From positions 1 to 64,000 of the IMG/VR virus record IMGVR_UViG_3300032053_000042: 64,000 nucleotides of DNA, one strand, 5' to 3'. The translations under genes were made by a program, and so were the position numbers. Positions 8,844 through 17,308 of the stretch are shown here, piece after piece (position 1 is the first letter of the stretch; each line of letters starts with the position of its first letter). The stretch comes from a virus. The notes below the pieces were generated by a model. That model saw only the letters and a program-made list of their open reading frames with translations. It did no database searches and had not been told where the DNA came from.

Positions 8844-11162
8844 TTACTTTAGCTTAACTAGGTTACCCCAACGACCGCCAATCTCTGCGGACGCCCTGAA
8901 TGGAACTAACGGACCCCAGATCTCAAGGCCAGAGCGTGCCATAATAGCTACGCCCTCTCGAGCAACCTCTTCGATATGCTCTGTAGGGGCTTCTAGGAGA
9001 ATAGAGTCGTGCACCGTGAGAAGAATGTGTGCTCTACCAGCGAGCTCACGATGAATAGCTATCAACGATCTCAAGGTGGTATCCGAAGCGCCCGACTGAC
9101 ATAGAAAATTGATTGCTTGTCTTTCCACCTCTAAAATGATATCGTCTGTTCTTAATGGAAAGCGCCTGCGTCGACCAGTCTTGGATTCCACATAACCCTG
9201 TGCACGTACCAACCTCTTGATACTCTCGGTCCATCTCACTACTCCAGGAATACGTTCGAAGTACCGTGTAATAAACTCCTCGGCTACCCGCTGCGAGAGG
9301 CCTGGTAGGTTAACATCCTTGGCAAGAGCTCGAGCTGTTCTACCGTACGGCAGGCCGAAGTTTACGGTTTTCGCGAAAAACCTTTGTCTTGATGTGTAGT
9401 TAGGACCAAAGAGCTCTACAGACGTTTCATTGTGTAGATCTCGATCTCCCTGGTACACCTCTACAAGAAATGGATCTTCAGATAATGTAGCAAGCACACG
9501 TAGCTCAGCTTGGCTGAAGTCAAGATATGCTAACGACATTCCTTCGCTGGCTATATATAGGTTCCTAATCTGACTACCGTACGGGTCGCCTTCATCAGAT
9601 GGAAGGTTCTGTAAATTCGGGTCCCTTGACGATAGTCTACCTGTGACAGTGCTGAATAACATGAAGTTCGTATGTAATCTACCACTCGGATCCACACGCC
9701 GCTGTGCACCCTCGATGTAAGTTCCTAAGAGCTTCGACAAGTGACGGTGCTTGACTAAAGCTTTTAGTACGGGCTGGTCGAATCTCGTTGCCAGGATAGC
9801 TAGAGCATCCTTATCAGTAGAACGCCCTTCTATCGTGGGAAGACCAAGAATGTCAAACAGATAAGTAGCTACTTGTCTTGTCGACGCCGGATTGATACGA
9901 TAGCCAACGACCTTCTCTATCTGGCTCTCTAGCTGAACAAGCTCCATGTTCCACTGTTTAGCGGTAGCTTCGGCTCGTTCTAGGTCGATCCGAATACCTC
10001 GTACTGCAACGTCGGCTAGGGCGGTAGAACCAGGTACAAGAAGCTCCTTGACTAGTCGAAGCTGTGCTGGAGCTTTACTAAGACGCTTCACCATCAGGTC
10101 AGTTAGCCTTCGTGTGTACCAACCGTCAAAGGCAGCGTATTTGTATAGAACGCCCTTAGGTAACAAGGCGTATGAGTCTGTCTTCGGCTTGGTTAGGTAC
10201 TTCGTTATATCCGCTTCCCAGTCCGGGGCGTCAAATAGTCTAGCACAGAGTAGCTTTAGATCGTTCGTACCTCGCTCGTCGAGAGCATAGTGAGCGAGCT
10301 GAGTATCAAAAGAGAACACAATGTCGACACCCAACTGTGCCTTAAGAAAAGCACGATCGAACTTGGATCCATGCCCGACCCACTTAACCTTGCAGGCCTG
10401 AAGAGCTTGCGCGAATTCAGGAGTGTAGATCACCTCTTGCTGAATCACGAAGATACTCTCCACAGTACCCACCACTACGCACAAAATCTTGTCCTGGCCG
10501 TAGCGAAAGCCTGAAGTCTCGAGATCTAGAATTGCATAAGGGCTTCGTTCTGCTGCCGCAAAGGCCTTAGCAAAGTCCATAGTAGCCTCTGCCTGTGGAC
10601 GCTCTTCTGCCTTTGCCTCTGCCTCAGCCTCACCGGAGACTTCTCGAGCAGCCTTTTGTAAGTCGGCTGTGAAGTCTGGGTACAGATCAGCGCCACGAAG
10701 GATAGCAGCTGGATGATACGTAGGTAAGACCTTTGTACCGAGTTCAGCTGAGTCGACGATCTTGCCGCGTCTTACTGAGATCCCTGTGATAGCGCCACCA
10801 AGGAGGGCATGAGTAGGAATGTTGCCTAAGGTCACGACGATCTTAGGCGCCTTTGCCTTGATCTCTGCCACTAGACGATCCCGACAGCACAGTGACGCAG
10901 CTTCTTTCATAGCCACGTCTGGTACGTAGCATAGACATGCATTAGTGATCCAGGCAGTGCTGGCCAGCTGGTAGGCATCCAGACAACGTCGTAGAAGCTC
11001 GCCGCTACGTCCAATAAAGACCTTGTTAAGGCGAACTTCATCGTGTCCCGGAGCCTCGCCTACAAAGACTATCGAAGCAGTTCCACTAGGACCACGAGGT
11101 GGAACTAGTGCATACGTTTTGAGAGGACACGAATCACATTTAGCGAGAGGTACTTTCTCCAT
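8844..11162 (-). CDS. DNA polymerase A with N-terminal family-4 uracil-DNA-glycosylase-like domain and 3'-5' exonuclease (SPO1-type architecture)
   Basis: CxxC, GEAPG, FIGRSG, HPA (UDG4); DLETSG, KFD, YAAFD (exo); DFSQAELR, KTVNFGLPYG, VHDS (pol motifs A/B/C). Confidence 0.92.
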   Translation of the reverse strand: MEKVPLAKCDSCPLKTYALVPPRGPSGTASIVFVGEAPGHDEVRLNKVFIGRSGELLRRCLDAYQLASTAWITNACLCYVPDVAMKEAASLCCRDRLVAEIKAKAPKIVVTLGNIPTHALLGGAITGISVRRGKIVDSAELGTKVLPTYHPAAILRGADLYPDFTADLQKAAREVSGEAEAEAKAEERPQAEATMDFAKAFAAAERSPYAILDLETSGFRYGQDKILCVVVGTVESIFVIQQEVIYTPEFAQALQACKVKWVGHGSKFDRAFLKAQLGVDIVFSFDTQLAHYALDERGTNDLKLLCARLFDAPDWEADITKYLTKPKTDSYALLPKGVLYKYAAFDGWYTRRLTDLMVKRLSKAPAQLRLVKELLVPGSTALADVAVRGIRIDLERAEATAKQWNMELVQLESQIEKVVGYRINPASTRQVATYLFDILGLPTIEGRSTDKDALAILATRFDQPVLKALVKHRHLSKLLGTYIEGAQRRVDPSGRLHTNFMLFSTVTGRLSSRDPNLQNLPSDEGDPYGSQIRNLYIASEGMSLAYLDFSQAELRVLATLSEDPFLVEVYQGDRDLHNETSVELFGPNYTSRQRFFAKTVNFGLPYGRTARALAKDVNLPGLSQRVAEEFITRYFERIPGVVRWTESIKRLVRAQGYVESKTGRRRRFPLRTDDIILEVERQAINFLCQSGASDTTLRSLIAIHRELAGRAHILLTVHDSILLEAPTEHIEEVAREGVAIMARSGLEIWGPLVPFRASAEIGGRWGNLVKLK

Positions 11163-11171
11163 TAGATCCTC

Positions 11172-11303
11172 CTATTGTAGCTTGAATATGTGTAGGAAGG
11201 CGTAGACAATTGCGGTAATGACACTCAAGAACACTATCATTATCGCCGTAACGATGATCATGTCAGCACAGAATCTCGCAGCCTCGAGAAGTCGTTTACG
11301 CAT
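11172..11303 (-). CDS. Small single-TM membrane protein (43 aa)
   Basis: MRKRLLEAARFCADMIIVTAIMIVFLSVITAIVYAFLHIFKLQ; GGAGGAG SD; fills the gap between genes. Confidence 0.45.
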   Translation of the reverse strand: MRKRLLEAARFCADMIIVTAIMIVFLSVITAIVYAFLHIFKLQ

Positions 11304-12182
11304 CTACTCCTCCTCGGTCGTCAACTGTACCACGTCTTGCTCGTCCTCTCGTAGCGTATGACCGATTCTACCAACGCAGAAGTCCTTGTACTGATCGATG
11401 TTCCACTGGATAACCGGATTCATTTGCACAGGCGTGAGGAAGTCAGCGTGGCGATGTCCCGCTACAGGAGGCGATACTGGCTCCGTCAGGCGTGGACTGT
11501 AAGTTCCTTGAATACCCCAACGTACTGGCAAGCCTGTATCCATCGAGCGTACGTAGGTTCGTGGCTGTACATACCAACCCTGCGAATACTCGTGACATTG
11601 ACAGCGAGTACTAAGCCCATAAGCTTCTCGCAGGTCCCGCCAGCAGCCCAGCATGTGGTATTGTCGATTGGGATCAATGAAGCCCATGTCTTCCAGCGAG
11701 TCTAGCAGACCAACGCGGCCGCCTTGGAATAAGTCCGAATCGAACATGGAGACACCAATGATATTAACTTCTGGTACTTGTAACAACCTTAAGTAACACA
11801 TCATCCAGTCTGCCACGTTAGATCCGTGTGGTACGGCTATAAGCTTAAAGTTAGGGGAGACAATCATCAAATGCTGGTATGCATCGAGACCTTTCACCGT
11901 AGCTTCATAGGAAGCCTGACCATCTCCTAGCACGTCTGGAAGGATAAACTCCTTAGCGTCCACCATCCCAGCTGCTATCGCGACCATAGAAACTGGTAAG
12001 CTTTTACCTTGTTCGACCACACCGTTATCCACACCAACGAGGACTCCTTGCCAGCTCTGTTGTTGGTAGAACTCTCGATACGCTTCGGACTCGAGAATGA
12101 GATGACTCAGGACAAGATGGTAGTTACCCTGTGCAGCGCATTGGTCTAGTAAGCTGATAGGTGAAGCAATTCCGCAAAGCAT
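11304..12182 (-). CDS. TGT-fold protein, DpdA-like deazaguanine transglycosylase candidate
   Basis: Ordered motifs VDNG..E, LPDVLGD, AVPHG, YHMLG, RSMDT match the TGT/DpdA barrel pattern; clustered with folE/queD/queE. Confidence 0.6.
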   Translation of the reverse strand: MLCGIASPISLLDQCAAQGNYHLVLSHLILESEAYREFYQQQSWQGVLVGVDNGVVEQGKSLPVSMVAIAAGMVDAKEFILPDVLGDGQASYEATVKGLDAYQHLMIVSPNFKLIAVPHGSNVADWMMCYLRLLQVPEVNIIGVSMFDSDLFQGGRVGLLDSLEDMGFIDPNRQYHMLGCWRDLREAYGLSTRCQCHEYSQGWYVQPRTYVRSMDTGLPVRWGIQGTYSPRLTEPVSPPVAGHRHADFLTPVQMNPVIQWNIDQYKDFCVGRIGHTLREDEQDVVQLTTEEE

Positions 12183-12183
12183 G

Positions 12184-12528
12184 TTATTCTCCTTCCTTCA
12201 GATCAGGCATATATATCGCACCACACATACCGTCTTCCGAGACTCTAGCTCCTGTGCAAGTCAGGTCAAGATCTAGTGCATACTCATACAAGAACTTAGC
12301 CATAGTCTCGCAGCTAGAGCCCTCATTGGCGTCCAAGAAGCTCATCAGCTGCTGTCTACACTGCTCTGCGAGTTCGAGGAACTCAATCTCTCTGTCGTTA
12401 ACCACGACGATGTTTACCAAGAACACGAACTCATGCATATGAAGCTTCGACAGATATAGGTACTTCTCAGGAGCGGAGGCCCACCTGTGGAAGCCTATCC
12501 ACTTTCCAACGACTTGTAGGATGATCAT
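12184..12528 (-). CDS. QueD-paralogue T-fold protein (DpdL-like)
   Basis: GFHRW..AP..YL..LHMHEF...DREIEF...SCE.MA...VSED; ATGA-coupled start at 12528 with GGAGG SD. Confidence 0.65.
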   Translation of the reverse strand: MIILQVVGKWIGFHRWASAPEKYLYLSKLHMHEFVFLVNIVVVNDREIEFLELAEQCRQQLMSFLDANEGSSCETMAKFLYEYALDLDLTCTGARVSEDGMCGAIYMPDLKEGE

Positions 12529-12866
12529 TTCGGTCCCTCCGTCTCCAGGCGGTGCTCCTCTTGACGACGATAGGCCCACATCATTGCGCAATAGTTCATG
12601 ATATCCAGCAGTTCGTCGTCGATCTTTTCCTCGAGGCCAAAGTACTGAAGCTCGGTAGCCTCTTTACGCTGGAGCATAGAAACTAGCCGAGCGCACTTAT
12701 GAAAGATCATAGTAATAAAGGACTTCTCACCAAAGCACATCTTCTCCCAGGGAAACATAGCTGCATCGCGTACTACAGAACGATTCGATACGATCTTGTG
12801 CGCCTCTTCCAAAGCCCTGTCGAAGTTAATCCAGAACATGTCCAGATCTTGTTGTCGCTTACTCAT
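12525..12866 (-). CDS. DUF1599/NMAD1-like all-alpha nucleotide-modification-associated protein
   Basis: K.ARL....D.LLDIMNY pattern; helical; adjacent to modification genes. Confidence 0.6.
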   Translation of the reverse strand: MSKRQQDLDMFWINFDRALEEAHKIVSNRSVVRDAAMFPWEKMCFGEKSFITMIFHKCARLVSMLQRKEATELQYFGLEEKIDDELLDIMNYCAMMWAYRRQEEHRLETEGPK

Positions 12867-12886
12867 GTTTCTCCTTTCTACTGTAT

Positions 12887-13369
12887 CTACTCATACCAAC
12901 GCATTAACCACTGGTCCGGAGTACGATCGCCTTTATGATGATTACACATCCAACAGGCTGCTACTAAATTACTTGCTGTCGTGTCACCTCCTAACACTAG
13001 TGGCACTACGTGATCGATCACTCTGTAGAATCGTGCGCTGTCTTTAAGGAAAAGTCGACCACAGTAGAAGCACTTGCGCTTTCGAAGTAACTCGCCTAGC
13101 TCTTCTCGAGTTAACTTCATTACTCGGTTAGCTTGTTTAGTTCGGTACACGAGCCCACTCCATATGGTAGTCACTTTCCCTGTAGGAGTCGCACGATACT
13201 TTTTACCTTTGCTAGCAACCGCTTCAGCTGCTACGCACTTCTTACAAAGGGTCTGCTTCCTATCTTCCGCTATTTCAGAAGGTCCAAAGTCAAGCCTCAT
13301 CAACTTCTTCTGACAGCGAGGACATATCTTAGATAGATACTCATCCTTCCAAGATCGCTTACATGGCAT
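12887..13369 (-). CDS. HNH endonuclease with N-terminal Zn-binding motifs
   Basis: CFYCG...IDHVVP...GG....NLVAACWMCN..K. Confidence 0.88.
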   Translation of the reverse strand: MPCKRSWKDEYLSKICPRCQKKLMRLDFGPSEIAEDRKQTLCKKCVAAEAVASKGKKYRATPTGKVTTIWSGLVYRTKQANRVMKLTREELGELLRKRKCFYCGRLFLKDSARFYRVIDHVVPLVLGGDTTASNLVAACWMCNHHKGDRTPDQWLMRWYE

Positions 13370-15245
13370 CTAACCAACTCCTTCCTGTAGCTGCGTGCAC
13401 CTTCAAAGGCGCGTCCAACTTATAAGGGCTCACCATAGCTTCAGAGACTAGCTTTGTAGTCGCTTCAACCTCGTCCACAGGTACCTCGAGTAATAGCTCA
13501 TCATGAACTTGTAGAACCATACGACTATGCAGACCCGAACGCTGTAGCTCTCGATCTACAGTAATCATCGCTATTTTCATAATGTCTGCAGCCATTCCTT
13601 GGATCGGCATATTTATGGCCGCTCGCTCTGCCGAGCGACGTAGACCGGGAGGCGTATTAGAGCTCGGTAACAGCTCAGGAAAATAGCGCTTACGCCCGAG
13701 CAACGTTTGCACATATCCATGAGCCCGAGCGTACTGCACTGTGTTACGAAAGTAATCTCGTACTCGAACAAAGCGTGAGAAGTAAGCCTCAATGAATTGT
13801 CTTGCCTCCTGTACGCTTCGTTCTGTACGTTCTGCTAGTCCTTGCTCGGAGATACCGTACATAAGCCCGAAATATATTCGCTTCGCTAGGGTACGCTGTG
13901 CATAAGTCACCTCCTTGAGTGGGATGTTAAAGAGCTCCGATGCGGTACTAGTATGTACGTCAACTCCTGCAGCAAAGGCAGCTAGTAACTTAGGATCCTG
14001 CGTGATGTGCGCCAAAATACGTGGCTCTATTTGCGTATAATCACAACTCAGTAGTACGTGACCTTCTGGTGCTATAAACGCACCTCTGATTCTACGGCCT
14101 AAGTCTGTGCGCGTTGGTACCTGCTGCAAGTTCGGATGGCTCGATGAAAGCCTTCCGGTACGAGTACCAGTCTGATTTAGTGAAGTATGTACACGCCCTG
14201 TGCTAGGATTAACTAGTAAGGGTAGAGCGTCGATGTAGGTAGTCATCAACTTGGATAGCTGGCGCTGTTCCAGGATAGGTCCAATGATCGAATGCTTACC
14301 CTTTAGGAATGTCAGGACTCGGATACTCGTCGAGAAGTCGCCACGATATCCCGACAGACCTAGCTCACCAAAGAGCACCTTACCTAACTGCACAGGTGAG
14401 TTGATATTAAACTTATGGCCAGCTATTTGATGGATCTGTTCTTCGGTGTTCTTTAGCTCCTGTCTCAATTCTACTCCCATCGTTCGTAGATAGGGCTGAT
14501 CAATAATCATCCCATACGTCTCCATACGCTTGAGGACCTGTATTAGAGGCATCTCTATCTCATTGAACAGTCTACGTTCTGGCTCCTGCTCGACTAGAGG
14601 TTGGAGTGCCTGCATCAAGCGTAAGGTCATATCGACATCGGCGCAGGCGTAGCGAGCTACTCTAGTGGTACTAATCAGATCCATACCATAGCCAGGACCT
14701 AGAAGCTCGTCGATCGATGTCATTGTACACCCCAGGCGTCGAAGAGCCTGGTCCTTCAGGCCTAGGTGATGTGCTACTGACTCGACCAGCCATGCAGCGA
14801 TCATAGTATCGAACACAGGCCCTCCTAGAGGTAGGCCATGTCTTTCGAGAATTTTCATGTCGAACTTGATATTGTGTCCGACCTTACCGATGCCCTCACT
14901 AGCTAGTACAGGCCCAAGACGAGCCTGTACTAGCTCAAGGGAAAGTTGCTGACCAAGATGTATCAGCGTACTGTGCCCGACTGGTAGATAGAACGCAGTC
15001 CCTGGCTCGCGCGATAGGGAGATGCCAACTAGCTTATCGATCATGGCATTAGTACCTGTGGTTTCGGTGTCTACAGCTAGCCCCTGTGCTCCACGTAAGT
15101 ACTCGAGTAGCTGGTCCAAGGCTTGCTCAGTGTCTACTATTTGGTAGGCACCAAACCCTCGGATGTCGCTTACGTCGTTGGGCCACAAGGGCAGCTGGAT
15201 ATAGCCCTGGCGAGACATCTTAAGCTTATTAGGTCGCTTGGCCAT
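13359..15245 (-). CDS. polA: Second DNA polymerase A (Klenow-like: 3'-5' exo plus polymerase, no 5' nuclease)
   Basis: AVDTETT, GHNIKFD, YACAD; TGRLSSSHPNLQ, DYTQIEPR, KRIYFGLMYG, AERAAINMPIQG, QVHDELL. Confidence 0.92.
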   Translation of the reverse strand: MAKRPNKLKMSRQGYIQLPLWPNDVSDIRGFGAYQIVDTEQALDQLLEYLRGAQGLAVDTETTGTNAMIDKLVGISLSREPGTAFYLPVGHSTLIHLGQQLSLELVQARLGPVLASEGIGKVGHNIKFDMKILERHGLPLGGPVFDTMIAAWLVESVAHHLGLKDQALRRLGCTMTSIDELLGPGYGMDLISTTRVARYACADVDMTLRLMQALQPLVEQEPERRLFNEIEMPLIQVLKRMETYGMIIDQPYLRTMGVELRQELKNTEEQIHQIAGHKFNINSPVQLGKVLFGELGLSGYRGDFSTSIRVLTFLKGKHSIIGPILEQRQLSKLMTTYIDALPLLVNPSTGRVHTSLNQTGTRTGRLSSSHPNLQQVPTRTDLGRRIRGAFIAPEGHVLLSCDYTQIEPRILAHITQDPKLLAAFAAGVDVHTSTASELFNIPLKEVTYAQRTLAKRIYFGLMYGISEQGLAERTERSVQEARQFIEAYFSRFVRVRDYFRNTVQYARAHGYVQTLLGRKRYFPELLPSSNTPPGLRRSAERAAINMPIQGMAADIMKIAMITVDRELQRSGLHSRMVLQVHDELLLEVPVDEVEATTKLVSEAMVSPYKLDAPLKVHAATGRSWLDAM

Positions 15246-15246
15246 G

Positions 15247-15570
15247 TTATCGCTCCACATCCGGAACGTAGACTAGATGGCCCTTCGACATATCTATTAG
15301 GACGCTACGCGCTGGCCAGCCGTATATGAGAATAGCATAGTCACCTTCAATACCATCGACTCCGCCAAACCCTTCATCTAGTACTTGGTATGAAACACCC
15401 TCCGGAGCAGATAGAATTATCCTTCCTTCGCTCTCTGTAGGAGGTGTAGTCGTAACGTGCACTATTCTTCGTTCAGGCCACTTGACTGGCTTACAGCTAT
15501 CTCCTGGGCGAGGGCTAACATGAATGACTCCTGGCAGTTCGTGTAAATACTTATTAAGAGCGTCGCTCAT
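15247..15570 (-). CDS. Hypothetical protein
   Basis: SD GGAGG; fills the operon gap. Confidence 0.5.
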   Translation of the reverse strand: MSDALNKYLHELPGVIHVSPRPGDSCKPVKWPERRIVHVTTTPPTESEGRIILSAPEGVSYQVLDEGFGGVDGIEGDYAILIYGWPARSVLIDMSKGHLVYVPDVER

Positions 15571-15573
15571 TCG

Positions 15574-16185
15574 CTACCTCCGTAGGCTGGACTGATGAAC
15601 GAGACTCATGAACTCGTTACGAACTGCTACCTTTGAGAAGCACCCACGAAAGCCACTAGTGACTGTGAGATGCCCTGGACGCTCCACTCCACGAATGGCC
15701 ATGCACATGTGCTCAGCTTCGATCATTACTCCTACGCCATGCGGATGTAGCTGCTCCCACATAAACGTCGCGATCTTAGATGTTAGATCCTCTTGTATGG
15801 ATAGTCGATGGGCGTAGTGGTCTACAATACGAACTATCTTACTGATACCGCACACCGATAGCCACGGTAGATAGCCTACATGAGCATAGCCTACGTACGG
15901 TAGGCAGTGGTGTGCACATATCGACGCGAACTGGATATGAGTGACAGTTACCATTCCTGGGTCGTCACCGCGTCCTACCGGGAATACTGTAAAGTCGATG
16001 GGTTCCTGCTGCTTGGATAGGAACTCGATCATAGCGTCCGCAGCTCGCACTGCTGTGTTTTTGCCACTGGGACCGCTACACATAGCGGGAATCTCTTCAA
16101 TCTTGTATCCCAGAGCGTAGAGAAAGTCCTCGTAGGCCTTAATAGCTGCACCACGAGCGATACCGAGCGTTGGTTTGATTGTCAT
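15574..16185 (-). CDS. folE: GTP cyclohydrolase I
   Basis: SICAHHCLP, G.AHVGY, GISKIVR, QEDLT, HMCMAIRGV. Confidence 0.93.
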   Translation of the reverse strand: MTIKPTLGIARGAAIKAYEDFLYALGYKIEEIPAMCSGPSGKNTAVRAADAMIEFLSKQQEPIDFTVFPVGRGDDPGMVTVTHIQFASICAHHCLPYVGYAHVGYLPWLSVCGISKIVRIVDHYAHRLSIQEDLTSKIATFMWEQLHPHGVGVMIEAEHMCMAIRGVERPGHLTVTSGFRGCFSKVAVRNEFMSLVHQSSLRR

Positions 16186-16655
16186 AAGTATAGCTCCTGT
16201 GGTACATCGACCTCCACCCAACAGTCAGGGGTCTCCGATATTCGTACCATTACAAGTCGAACTGGATGGTAGACTTGCATCCTTGCCCTTAGCATGGTGA
16301 TAATCTCCTTAGCCATATTCTCAGCCGTTGGTGACTGAGAATGAAACTCGATGCAGTCGTTTAACAACTTATGATCGTAGTGAGCCTTTACCACCTCGAA
16401 GAGCCCCTTTAGTACACTGAAGTCTATAACCATTCCGTTCTTCAGAGGCCCTGCGACGCATACTTCGATAATGTAGTTGTGTCCATGCACGTTCCCGCAA
16501 TGTGGATGACCTGGCAAAAAGTGTGCACAGCTGATAACGAAGCGCCTCCATACTCGTACCTCAGAAGCCTTTGTGTACCTTACTTCTTCCTGTTGCATCA
16601 TAAGTGTTCCCAGCGAGATTGGTGTCTTTGAAGTCGACTCTGATACTTGTTCCAT
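16182..16655 (-). CDS. queD: 6-carboxytetrahydropterin synthase
   Basis: AHFL...C.NVHGHNY, GMVIDF, DHK.LN, PTAENMA, ETP. Confidence 0.92.
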   Translation of the reverse strand: MEQVSESTSKTPISLGTLMMQQEEVRYTKASEVRVWRRFVISCAHFLPGHPHCGNVHGHNYIIEVCVAGPLKNGMVIDFSVLKGLFEVVKAHYDHKLLNDCIEFHSQSPTAENMAKEIITMLRARMQVYHPVRLVMVRISETPDCWVEVDVPQELYL

Positions 16656-16667
16656 GTTTCTCCTTTC

Positions 16668-17294
16668 CTACCTTATTCCAATGAACTTATGTAACTGGAC
16701 GCTCAAACGCCAGTTCTTCTTGATACACTCCTCGTAGCACAGCTTAGTAGCCGAGGAATCTTGGCTCTCGGGCTGCAAGCAGATCGTTGCGTGTCCACGA
16801 AGAATGTGCTGGAGGTGGTCAATAAGAAACTGATTTACCAGGTCGAGATCCTCCTGAAAGCCTACGACAAACTTCAGCTCATCCGCCGTAAGTAAATTCG
16901 GGATAAGTATCCTGTTCCCGCCAGGAACATTAAGCTTAGGCGAGATGCAAACCCAGTCTATCCCACGAGGAATGGGAAGAGTACCGTTCGTTTCCAGAGC
17001 GGTGTTCCTCCCGATTGCATTTAGCTCGCTACACAGCTCGTCGAGAGGTTGCATGGTTGGCTCTCCTCCCGTGATCATCACCCACTGGATACCTGGAAAC
17101 TCTTTAACCTTCTCCACGATGGTTTCCACGTCCATTGCTACTCCACCCTTAGACCAAGTATACTTGGTATCGCAGAAACTACAGGTCAAGTTACACCCTT
17201 GCATTCGTATGATAACCATAGGAATGCCTGTATTACACCCCTCTCCCTGGACGGCACTGTAAATCTCGTTAATCTGATAGTAGAAACTAGGCAT
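16668..17294 (-). CDS. queE: 7-carboxy-7-deazaguanine synthase (radical SAM)
   Basis: QGEG, GCNLTCSFCDT, ITGGEP, ETNG, SPK, RLSVQLHK. Confidence 0.94.
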   Translation of the reverse strand: MPSFYYQINEIYSAVQGEGCNTGIPMVIIRMQGCNLTCSFCDTKYTWSKGGVAMDVETIVEKVKEFPGIQWVMITGGEPTMQPLDELCSELNAIGRNTALETNGTLPIPRGIDWVCISPKLNVPGGNRILIPNLLTADELKFVVGFQEDLDLVNQFLIDHLQHILRGHATICLQPESQDSSATKLCYEECIKKNWRLSVQLHKFIGIR

Positions 17295-17308
17295 GTTCCT
17301 CCTTTACT

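Noticed and set aside
13359-15245. Host assignment (Chloroflexota-like impression from PolA and endolysin)
   Set aside because: Impression only; needs homology or CRISPR-spacer searches
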